Shown: positions 52,980-64,000 of the stretch, piece after piece
How the letters are laid out: each line of letters starts with the position of its first letter
Numbering within the stretch: position 1 is the first letter of the stretch
From: Blasia pusilla
Lineage: Eukaryota
Direction of reading: 5' to 3'
Length of the DNA stretch: 64,000 nt
Assembly (NCBI GenBank): GCA_050084515.1
Contig: CM114271.1
Span: forward strand, 19,530,001-19,594,000
Notes under the pieces: generated by a model
Databases searched by the model: none
What the model was told of the DNA's origin: nothing
The model's input: the letters and a program-made list of their open reading frames with translations, nothing else
Made by a program: the position numbers and the translations under genes

Positions 52980-53796
52980 TGTCGTGTGCATACACATCGC
53001 TACAGAACATTCATCGTTGTGACTAAACACACACACAAACACGCATGATCCCATGCTAACTCATGGCATCCAAACATCGAGACAAGGAGTATAAAAATAT
53101 CTCCAATTTCAATCTCGATGAGGATCTATTGAGGCCATAGATAACTTGAGAGAGTAGGTTTTTCTTTGTTTTGGCTCATTTGGAGCTATATAGAGAAACT
53201 ATTTATGGTAAGTTCCTATTTTGAGCAAAGTTGACTTTCCACTTTAGGAATTGGCCCTTGACCCCTATAGTAGGTCAAGAGCCAAGGAGGTGACGTCAAG
53301 GGTGATGTGGGAGCATAGGTTATCATGGAGAGAGCTGGGGAGAGGGAAGGGGATATACCTCCAAGAGAGAGAGTTTGAGATCTCTTTCTCTTTTTGTTGA
53401 ACATCTGGGCATGAGACGGAGGAGCTATGGTCCTCCTCGCCTTATGTGTGTAACCCAAGCCTCTCATTAGGAGAGTGGGTTTGGTTTGACGAGAGAGAGA
53501 GATTTGTGTGAGATCTAGTTGATTTACAAAGAGAGAATGAGCTCCTAAGTTCTCTCCATGATAATCTATGCTCCCAAGTCATCTCCTTGGATCTTGACCT
53601 ATTGTAGGGGATCAAGGGCCATTTCTCAAAGTGGGAAGTCAACTATGATCAAAATGGGAACTTACCAAGAAATAGTTTCATCATATGGCTCCAAATGAGC
53701 CAAAATGAAGGAGAAACCTGCTCTCTCAAGTTACCCGTGGCCTTAGCACGCCTCTTTGTATGGGTGTGAGATATGATGTGTTGCCACATATGTACA
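52980..53796. mobile_element. Small non-autonomous element with a family-like left end and an internal ~200-bp inverted repeat (53131-53337 and 53549-53744)
   Basis: Starts TGTCGTGTGCATACACATCGCTAC. The arms ggcc...aacttgagagag...tggctcatttggagc...aggtcaaga align in reverse complement. The right boundary is tentative. Confidence 0.65.
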
Positions 53797-54689
53797 ACTC
53801 AGTGTTATTTCTTGAAACGTTAAAAGCTAGAAATTATAATTATGGAGGATCCTAGAAGTGATTCACTAATATACCAAGGTTGATAATATATTCCAATTTG
53901 CAAAGACTTGCTCATGTTTCTTCTTTGCGTGGCAAACATCGTCAATCACTCTGTTATCACATCTATTCTTAAGATGTTGGCTTAGTTTGTTGGGCCCATA
54001 TGCAACCTTAGGTTTAGGGATGGGCCTTCCCGCCTAAGCAACTAGCTCCCACTCCTTCATAAATATGTCCCCATGCCTCATTTGTGAGTTATATGCAAGT
54101 ATATTGCGAGTCCATTGTGGCTTTAAGGGACTCGTGAAGAAGAAACAATTGCAAAATATTCACAAAAAAATCCCACTTGCAAAGACTAGTGCAGTTGTAA
54201 AGGTTTTACAACGTACTTGTAAGACAATTGGACAATATTGACTACAATATATTTGGAAAGAAGTAATCCATGTTAAAAAAGGAATTGCAAAATTACTATG
54301 GGCATCCCAATCCCTAGAAGTAATAAGAAATTCAAGGTTGCATATGGACAAAGTCTGCGTCCATATACATGTCCGTGTATTTACACCCGTCGTATAAAAA
54401 GAGTCTGAAGGACTTGTCCATATGGGCCCCATCTCCTCCTTTTGTCTTATCCCCCCACTTGTCTTCATGATCTGCACTTTCTCGTTTCTTCTTCCTTCCA
54501 CCTCCACTCCCTCCCCATTATTTTCCCGCCTGGCGTTTCCCTGCCTTCCACCATGAATTATGAGTGTGGGCCACACCTTTTGCATTCCATGTCATGTCCA
54601 AGCGTCCATGTTCGTCCTAGGGATGGACTTGTTGGTTTTTTTGCAATTATGAAGAAATTGCATGTGCAAAATTTTAGAAGTTGGACATT

Positions 54690-55710
54690 AGCGACATCCG
54701 TGCATATTGTAGAGATCTCCAAAGGCAGCAATCTTGATCTCTCATTCCTCAACATATATTTGGTTGTATACACTTTGTTCATATTCCAAGTGAGAAGTGC
54801 AATAAGTTAGATAGAAAATTATAAAGATATGTCTTTTTGGGCTAGGCTATAGATCTTGAGGGTTATAGATGTTATAATCCTTCCACTAAGAAAACTTTTG
54901 CGCCAATATAGATCTGGTGTTTGATGAAAAAAAAATCATAGTATGAGAAACCAAATATGGTCTTGATTGCTAGTGTGCCAAGAGAGCCAATTCAAATCTA
55001 GGAAGGGAAGATGAGGGAAGATTATCCAAAAATACCAACAAAGGACCAACAAAGGTCATCACTCATTAGCTCTCACAAATCAAGTTATATATCATGTGGA
55101 CGATTCAGACCTGAAATGATCCTATCAAATGAGTCAACTGAAGCTTCAAATGGAAGACACAAAAAAATCCATCAATTGGATGTTCTTAGTCTGAGGTGAT
55201 GGCGTAAATAATTCTAGTCCTCATTCAATTTCATACTCAAACATCAAATATTGTAAGGCAACACTTATAGATTTAGGATTCATGCATAATAGCTTCTTGC
55301 CACCTTCTACATATGGTGAAGACACTTAAGTTATAAGATACAAGCACTCTTAAAGAGCCAATACATAAGCCAATAGTGGGTTGAAGTTATGGATGAAGTA
55401 CTTGTAGCATTAGAGAAGCAAAAAACCCATGAGTTAGATAATCCTCCATAAAGAAAGAAGGAGATTTAAATGTAGATAGATATTCAAGGTGAAGTGAAAG
55501 CGTCAGTAAAGACAAGGTCAAGTTCGTAGCTAAGGATTATGTATAAGCAACCAAAAATATGGCTTGGACAATTATCTCGACTATGATGAGACCTTTAATC
55601 TTGTTGCCAAAATCATGTTAATGAGAAATTTTGTAGCATTAGCAACAAGAAAATATTGGAAAATGCACTAGAAGGATTTGAATCTTCATTTCTCAATAAA
55701 GATACTTACA
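54690..55710 (+). mobile_element. Ty1/Copia integrase C-terminus and RT remnant (probably continues 51600-52030)
   Basis: FVHIPSEKCNKLD...VFLG*...EGYRCYNP, WVEVMDEVLVALEK, KFVAKDY and DYDETF. Confidence 0.8.
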
Positions 55711-56349
55711 TGAAGTAGAAAAACTTAATCTTGGTTAGTCAATTAGACATGATTATCTTAACTAGGGTTAGTTAATCACGATTAGTATAATTTAAGACTA
55801 TCGTTAGGATTATGGTTTCTTGTACATATCTTATATAATTGAGAAAGGGATCAGTCCCCACTCATTCTCTCATTGCAAAATTTCATTCTCCACGGTCATG
55901 TGTGCGCCTCTCTGAGTCATATTCCGTCACTCCTACTTGTTTAGCAATTTTCTATAAGCTTGAGTTTGATTTTTTATATATGTCTAAGCTTAAGATAAGG
56001 TATGTAATTTGATATAATATCTTCAAAATGACAAGTCATAGTGCAATTTGAATCCATCTAATCTACATAATTTGCTCGTACATATATTACCATCTAGAAA
56101 AGATGATTGATAGGTCCTTGTTTGGATCATAGAGAAAGCATTCCTTGTCCCTTTATATGTACATAATAATATTCTTTCAAGGTTAGTATTTTTTACATCA
56201 TAAATAGACAAAAGAGGAAACTAAACTTTACCATTGCAAGGACTTACCACCATTCCTCTAGAGAACATCAACACAATGAAGAATGGGGATAAAACTCTAG
56301 ATAAAAATCAAAAAGGTTAAACAATTTCCTTTTCTCCTCTCGCCTATTC

Positions 56350-56475
56350 ATCCTCGGGTTAGCTAACCCGAGGTTAGACTCTTCCAAAGGGCTTGTTCAA
56401 AACAAACATGATTGAGCGGATTTAAACCTGGGCGTGCACCTCCGTAGTGAAGGCATAATCCACTCCACCAGAGTT
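56350..56475 (-). other. Possible tRNA-derived SINE remnant with a 22-bp perfect palindrome
   Basis: Minus strand has A-box-like TGGTGGAGTGG and B-box-like GGTTTAAATCC at tRNA-like spacing. Palindrome CCTCGGGTTAGCTAACCCGAGG at 56352-56373. Confidence 0.35.
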
Positions 56476-56986
56476 CCCTGCATGGGTGGTAGGGTATTCA
56501 TAAACACTTTCGTCTGTTACCCAAAATGGATCTTGAGACGTTAGGATCTCGACGAGAATGAATAGGCGCGAGGACTTTCCTCGAGACTAGAAAATCCATT
56601 CCCATCCTATACTTCATGGGGGAGAAAATAACTATCACAAGAGGGGAAATTATCATTTCCGCTCTTGAAGTCTCGCATGTGCTTCAAATAAGAAAAAAAA
56701 CAAAACAATTAATACAATCACGAAAGCTCCATAAGCAAAAACGTCCAAATTGCGAACACCTGAGCGTACGTAACCGGAATACATAAGGACTGCTTTTCGA
56801 TCCCAAGGAAAAAGATCGGAGCGCGAAAGAATCCTAAACCCTCACATCTTTCCGGATTCCCGGTGATGATTGTGTCCAGGCAAACGACGCTTTTCCGTTG
56901 TAGCGCACGTGTCTTCAGGGGACTAGGCGATCTCGATCCATTTCCCAATTAGTGGGCCCCACGACCTGTTAGTTGAGTGCTTCGAA

Positions 56987-57569
56987 TCTATCTACTATCC
57001 GCCGCAACAGATCGTCGGCGATCACACGCGTGAAGTTCTACAATATTAAAAGGAATTTATATATTAAATAATATTATATAATGGTGTCAGTTGACAATAT
57101 GAGGATTGGCGCTTGCACGAATCATTTTCTGTCAATTATTATTAAAATTTTCAACTGAAAGCAAGAAAAGCAATAATTGTTCATGAGAGGAATATTGTGG
57201 AGATAGGATTGGATAGGATAGTTCATTTTAAGAATTAGGTTTGAAAGTTGGGCGAATAGTTGTGAAATATGGTTTCAAGAGGTACTAGATGGGGAGATAT
57301 GATGTCAAGAGGTATTAGTTGGGTGCACCTAAGATGTACCATTTAGAATTATCCATCCTAAATGTACAATTGAATTGGAATGATCCTAGTGGTTTAGACA
57401 ACAAACGATTTTGTTGGTTAAAATAGACGTGTCAAAAGAAGAGGTGATTTAAAACTGAAGAGGCACTCATATGGTGACGATACATGTCACTTTGAGAGAG
57501 GGAGTTGAATTAAAGAGAGATAATAAAGAAAATTGAGTATCATCCGTGCATAACACAAGCACCGGCTAG
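56987..57569 (+). mobile_element. Non-autonomous Helitron
   Basis: 5' TCTA (56987 or 57037) and 3' ccgtgc...gcaccggCTAG followed by T. Confidence 0.5.
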
Positions 57570-57578
57570 TAATTTAGA

Positions 57579-57904
57579 CTAGTATGTTGCCCGTGAGATG
57601 AGGGGGACCAAGTTTCTTTTAAGACAACTCACTTCTCACTATGTGCATAAATTCCCCACTTCACTCCTCCCACATATAAATTCTCCACTACTCCCACTCT
57701 TTATTGATTACCCACTACTCCCATTACTAAATAAAATTGTCACTATTAACACCTATACTATCCCCTCCCCAAAAAACATGCGACCATGAACATGATATTC
57801 CCTCCCAAATAAATCTCCACCAAAATAATGTAATGTTGCTATTTTCTCTTCGTGTACACTATTTTGTCTTATTATGCATGCGGTGTTGTCCATAATAATG
57901 TAGA
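57579..57904 (-). mobile_element. Non-autonomous Helitron
   Basis: Minus strand begins A|TCTACATTATT and ends CACGGGCAACATACTAG|T. Confidence 0.5.
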
Positions 57905-59118
57905 TGTGAGGAGGTGGAACAACAATAGAATTCCAGATTTATTCATGGTTGTGTTGGTGACAAGAGAGTCTTATACCATTTTTCTTGCATTTGTGTTAGC
58001 ATGTCTCAATGTCAAAGTTTCGGTTTTTGAGTAGTTTAAGAAAGGAAATGTTTGGAATTTCTGCTCTACGTTTGGTACTATTTTATGGATATAATATCTC
58101 TTTGTTTACATCTTACAGAGGATAGGAGGTGGTTGGAGTTACTCCTCAATCTTTGGAAATGTCTTCCAAAGGTATCTCTTTGACCACTTTGTTCATATTT
58201 TTTGGGTGGTTTTAATAGTATACAGTTGGAATTTCTCCTCCAGTTTTAGGAATGTTTTCATTGAAAGAATGTGTGAGAATACCTTCACTAATAGTTTTGG
58301 TGTTGCTTTCATGTTGCTGACAAACTGCTTCTTGAACAACCTTGCTGCCAAAAAATTTCTTCCGATGACAAAAATAAATAAATTGTCGTCAAAATTTTAC
58401 AGAAATCTATGACCATAACTCTTATGAACTTACGTATGTGACAATATGTATTCCCAAGACATCATGATCCGGACATGCACAAGTGAAGTACTAAGTAGGG
58501 TCCTGTTTTTTCCTTCTAGAATACAGAATCCATAAGACCACAGAGACTGCTTATGAACTGATCAAGGAAAAAGAAAACCTCTGCTAAAATTTTTGACTTC
58601 GGTTCCAGTCACATACTTCCGGGCGAACTGGTCAATTCGCATTGAATATGCTGGATATTTTGAATCCCAGGGCTAGGCCCTTGGATGGTTAGGGAATCAA
58701 CCTTGGCAAATGCTTAAACATTCTATTCTCATAAAAAAGATACTTGAATCAGTGAGTGGGTGAACAACAACCAATGAGCTGCACGGAGGCAATGAAGGGA
58801 TCATGTGAATGCCCCAAGCAGGGTTGCCATTTAGGATTTCAGTACACTAACTTTCGCCCCGAGTTTGAGAAAAGCAAGGAAGTCAGATTATATCTGACCA
58901 CACAAGCCTATTTCAGTATGAGACGACATCATAAAATCCAGCTACAACTTTTCTTATGTACACACATTGAGACTCCCTACTCTTTTACAAACCAAGTGTC
59001 CTGACTGAACAGCGGCAGCCCCCTGCACATCGCTACGTACTGATCTTCACCCTTTAACAAGACTTTCTCGGGCATGGCAATTGCATGCCCGAGAACAGTG
59101 GCAGCAATTGCCATGCAC

Positions 59119-59375
59119 ATCACTATCTAGTGATCTTCATCCTCTAACACAATTTCATCAGGATCTCTCACATGTTCAACAACAGCGGTAGCTTCCAGCT
59201 CATCAACATTATCCATGTCTCCTTCATCATCCAGCTGAATTTCCATGCAAATCACTATCTACTGATCTTCATCCTCTAACACAATTTCATCAGGATCTCT
59301 CACATGTTCAACGACAGCGGTAGCTTCCAGCTCATCAACATCATCCATGTCTCCTTCATCATCCAGCTGAATTTC
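59119..59375 (-). repeat. Tandem duplication (132-bp period) of the DBR1 C-terminal coding segment and stop codon
   Basis: 59251-59375 and 59119-59243 are near-identical. A partial third copy lies at about 59027-59059. Confidence 0.92.
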
Positions 59376-62300
59376 ATCTGGGTCTGCAACATTACCTGGT
59401 AAAATACAAGTGGTTGCAATAATGGGCATAATTTGGCAGCTTCAGCCAACATTCTGTGCCATGTGTAGTATAATGACAAGTGTGATCACAGACATTTCCA
59501 GCACAAATGAAACAGCTTTCACCAAGATATTGCTGTTGGATCCTGCTTAGACCAGAGCTGTGATCAAGCCAGAGAGGAGAGGCTTACCGTGATTGATACC
59601 AGTCGCTGGTTGGTTAGGCCTAAAGCCTGACTCTACAGAAGCGTCGAGTGTGTACTCCAGACCCAAGAAGTCCAGTAAGGCTACGGTCTGTGGATTTCTG
59701 ATATGACCTGAGATAAAAATTATTTAGTTAAATTCTAACATCATCAGAGGTAGCACATTAAAAAATGCTCCCAAATTTTAAATGATGAAAGAAGTGTTCC
59801 ACTTCAACATACTCAATGCTAGTCTGTTTATGGAGTCTAGAAGGCAACTATATATAACCCTGTTTTAAATATATCTCATGTCTATGAGACAATGTTACTC
59901 ATTTACTTGGCCATGCCAGTAATCATTCGAGGAGTCATGCAGATGTACAAGTGGCCCTCTTGCAGAGAATGACAAGATTAATCATCTCTTCATGCTCTCA
60001 AATCAACAAGAGAGGGATCCAATACTTATATCGATATTGTTGATAGGTAAAACTATTGGAAAACGATTCAAACATACCAAAAAAATTGACTTCTCTAGCC
60101 TGATCTTCCCTCTAATAAAAGCCTCACTACTCACAGTTAGGCTGACAGGAATTTTGTCGTTCCCCGCTGCATCGATGATCTTATCACAGATTTCTTACTG
60201 AACCTGGTGGGTCATAGATTACTTCTTGTGACTGCTCAGGCCTGCCAATTTCAGATTTGGGTGTGTTGTTGACCCTTCTCCACAAGTCATTCTACACCCA
60301 ATATACACTACGCTTGCACAGAAAGATAAAGATAAAGTAAGATAAAGTACCTGACGCATTTGATGGTTGCTGAAGCCTACTGGTCGATCTTTTATCTTCG
60401 TCATAGGACTGGGCAGTTGGGGCAAATTGTGGAAGGTCCAAACTGGGTTTCTCAGTCAGTTGTCTCATCACCCACTCCCTGTGCAACTGCACAGAGACTT
60501 CTTGTCTGAGAGGCAGCGAATTAAAATATGAATCATTTCGAGTGGCTTTACCACAGATAAACCCCTACAATCAGGAATTCACCTTGAACTTAGACCGAGT
60601 TTGGACTACCCTTGCAGCTCCGTTCAGACTAGTAGTTTATATGACAGTTGATGGATGCTTCAGTTTTGAGCTGTGATGAGAGACAAAGATGTAATGAAAG
60701 CTGGATTTCAGACATTATGGCTATGAGTAAACCTTTGTAATAACCCAGCACCCCAAAGAAATGGGGCTAAGAAAAGGCTACAGCAAGAGTAGAAGAGTCA
60801 GCAGAGGATACATACGGTATAGTAGCTGGTCTTCTGGTGAGAGGCAGATAAGGGTGGTATGCGCGAGTGATGGCTAACCATTCTTCATCCCACTCAAACA
60901 TCAAAGGCCCATCTGACCCAGGTACCTCCACCACCTGCTCAAATGACACTCACAATTGTGAGACACCTTAGGCTCTTATGCTATAATACTGTGTATTGCT
61001 GGCAACCAAACCTAATTCCTGGTCTGCAGTTCACAAGGCAATCAATTTAAAGTTCTTGTGTGTGTGAATTAGGAAATCTCTGCTTAGAGAACTTGAATAC
61101 CATTTAACTCTTTGAGCTAATCCACAGCTCACCTGCAAGAAATCTCGACCTGGTAGACATTTGTCTAGAGCAAGGAACCTTGTGATGCCTGTACCATCTG
61201 GATGCTGGACAACAGCAGCAAATTTTGTATGCAAATGCGCTGAGAACCAATATGACGGCTTCAATGCCTTCAAAAGCTGCATTCCAGGCTTGCTTCCTAG
61301 ACTGTTTTCCTCAACCTGTGAAGGAGCAACCATCAGTAGTTAGGCCACAGCAAGTTTGGTGCTTTCAAAGAAGATATCCAGGTTGCAACAATTTAGGGCC
61401 TAGTTTCACTCACCTCTTTCTGAAGAAAAGACTTTCGGCGAAAGAGTTCTTGCGTGTTTCCATACATTGCTATGCCACATGGCCAATCATGTGATATAAA
61501 TATGTCCACTGGGTCCTTCACTTCCAACAGCTTCATCACATCATACTGACGTACATGGTAGATGGACCTCATATCACTGTTATCATAGGGTGCTCGTTCA
61601 TAATGCCCTGCCAGCATAACACAAACTCTCAAGTTGGACTCTAGAAACACACTCAACTGCCTTGCCTTTGGAGTGGACTTCCCAATGATAGTTGGATGTT
61701 TATGCTGTGAAAATGGTCCTTGTACCTGCTCGATAATCCCTAGCCTTGTAAATGCCAGATAAACCCCCAATGCGAATGCCACCAAATTTGATTACTCCCG
61801 CAAATCCAAGAAAGTAAATGTTTGGAGCCACCCATCCACCGTAATATCTGAACATGACCATTAACCAGTTAGTTGCAAGTAATAAGAAAATGGTCCATGA
61901 AATCCTCAATCTTCTTATCGAGAAGACGTTATCTAGTTCCCGACATGGGCCCAGTTTTATCGAATTTGATCTGATCACTGCATTTTTTCAAGGCCTAGTG
62001 CATGTATTGGGCATTGTCTCCGGAACTTGACCAAGTAAAACTCCTTACAGCTCCCACAGATAATTTGAAGCCTCGTGGTTACCTCCCACAAAAACGGTGG
62101 GGTATGGTGCGATCTCCTTTCCTGAATAGTACTTCCAAAAGCTCCCCATAGCTCGGTACTTGACTGGACAAGCAAGGGATTCCAGATCGTTCTGGTTTCG
62201 TATCGCCTGCATCAAGAAAAAGCGATTGTTGAGAGGTTTTCCTCTAGAATGTAATGAAGAACCTCCCCTAAAAGTTCACTGACAATTCAGGCCAAACATG

Positions 62301-63026
62301 ACAAGCTGAAAATGTAGGAAGAACACCTGAAAGTCCCCGCAGCAGATCAAGAGGTCAATTTTCGTGTTCTCAACGCGCTCCAAGTGCTGCAAGGTTGCGT
62401 AGATGTTCTCAAGGTCACCGTGAGCGCAGCCTTCCACTGCTATCTGTTGGATACCCAAATAAAGAAAGATGGAACGTAGAGTTCTCGTGTTAAGCAACTA
62501 GTACAGCTACCATTCCATTCCCCTTCGTATCCCAAAGCATCTGATAGCCATTCATCGTCAAGCATTTCCCCAAAACCACCCTCTGCCCTGTTCAACTCTA
62601 CCGGGAACACACCACATTTAAAAAGAAGAAGAAGAAGAAGAAGAAGAAGAAGAAGAAGAAGAAATAGCCCCCAACTGAGCTGTGTGCTGGTGAACGACAG
62701 GTTTTTGATGAAACGGCCTTCTGTCTGCTGCTTCATGAACTAAAGATGATGGTCATCGACATAATGGTGCACACATTCAGTACCTCCACATATCTACCTC
62801 TATCAATGGGTATGCATTGTCGGCGACTTCTGTGGAGAGAAAACCGACTCTCCACAGATGTCGCGAATCGATTCTTCCAGTCAACCAAACAGGTCAGCTC
62901 AAGATCATCAGCCTCTGAAACCGAATTGAATTAAACTCGCCATCTTGTCGCAAGGTGCTCGCAAATGGTATGTTCACATCCGGAAGAATCAAAGTCGGGG
63001 CAAAAATACGAGGAACACACCTTCAT
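59259..63026 (-). CDS. DBR1: RNA lariat debranching enzyme, 10 exons, 436 aa
   Basis: Exons 63021-63026, 62327-62443, 62049-62206, 61726-61847, 61414-61607, 61133-61315, 60816-60934, 60351-60505, 59588-59707 and 59259-59395. All introns are GT-AG and phase-consistent. Motifs [39 protein letters not shown] and NPQT, with an acidic tail. Confidence 0.97.
62623..62663. repeat. (AAG)n microsatellite in DBR1 intron 1
   Basis: About 13 perfect trinucleotide units. Confidence 0.95.
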
Positions 63027-64000
63027 CTTGAGAAGAAGCTTGGGTAACGGCTGCACTTCAAAATTCTGCTGTCTCTCACAGAAACCCTCGTGAGTTGCTC
63101 CTGCGTCCTTCCATCCCCTTCTCCATACCTTTCACATCACCAGACACAACATTCATTCTTTCATTCATTCATTTACCCACTTCCTCACATCCACCTCGAG
63201 TCTGTCTAGTGTTGGGAACAAGGGAACCCTAAGCTCCAAACTACATAATCGGCGTCCAGTGGCACTTTGTGCCACGTGCAGTCTTACTATTCGTGTGTCC
63301 CAATTTCCTATGTGGGTTCGTTGTTATTGTGACGTATCTCTAGCCTCCACGTGGAAGGACGCTCTCCTTGGGGACGTGATGAGCTGCAAGAGCTGGAAGA
63401 CAACGCTTGTTGTGTTTGCACACTCTCGATAGAGTGCCTGGTGAGTGGAGTTTGCTGATAATCCTCTGGGGTGTAAAAAGGCGCATTGATCGATTTGTGG
63501 ATGTGGGCCATGAGCAGACAGGAGTCCAAGAGATCAGCAGAGAATGGCCAGGTGGTGTTCTGGGGTTCACTGTCTTGGGTTTTTTGGGATTCCTGTCTAC
63601 GTTTCGTGATTTTGTTTTGGTGTAGAGTGAACTGAAATCGATTTTTTTGGTTTTGGATGAGAGCCTCGACCAGACTAGGTCGTAGGTTCTAATCTGACCG
63701 TGAGTGCTTCCCATGGGACCGAGCACTGAAGAATAATCTAATGCAACAGCTTTGGCCGATCGCAAGCCGCAAGGACCCCAAGGGTTTATTGGTTCTTTTG
63801 AGAATTTCCGTTGACTGAAGCATGCGCTTGGATCGTCTGTGGGGTAGCGTAGGCTCCGTCTGTGGGGCTTTGTTGGCTGCGTGTCGACTATGCTGGAGAT
63901 TTTGTTTTGGGCTCAGTCGTGTCGATTGTGTGCTTGGGGTTTCGAAACAGAGTCTGATCAGTTGAGAGAGGGAAGGAGGAGATTGTGGTTCTGACTTGGC

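Noticed and set aside
59259-63026. Functional link between DBR1 (a known Ty1 host factor in yeast) and the nearby retroelements
   Set aside because: It is an ordinary intron-rich housekeeping gene about 20 kb away, and nothing indicates linkage.

Overview
Eukaryotic plant genomic DNA. The spliced genes and TE types suggest a non-seed, bryophyte-like plant, but this is inference. Two host genes are recognisable, both on the minus strand: an alpha-expansin (3 exons, one apparent 1-nt frameshift) and a complete 10-exon lariat debranching enzyme (DBR1). Roughly 11.8-42 kb and 51-58 kb are nested, decayed transposons (chromoviral Gypsy, a second Gypsy with a 1.26-kb LTR, hAT, CACTA end, Copia remnants, Helitron ends, solo LTRs). 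The standout is two copies (18483-26126 and 34894-39632) of a Gypsy-type element. Its polyprotein runs gag(2 Zn knuckles)-protease-[DNMT3-like C5 cytosine methyltransferase]-RT-RNase H-integrase-PHD finger. It has no LTR pair: both copies share distinct left and right termini (consensus TGT...ACA) and have 4-bp target-site duplications whose removal restores the reading frames of the TE genes they interrupt. A 719-bp non-coding relative with a head-to-tail junction lies nearby. A pair of small codon-conserved ORFs of unknown function sits inside a Gypsy LTR. I could not assign 1-11 kb, 43-45 kb or 48-51 kb.
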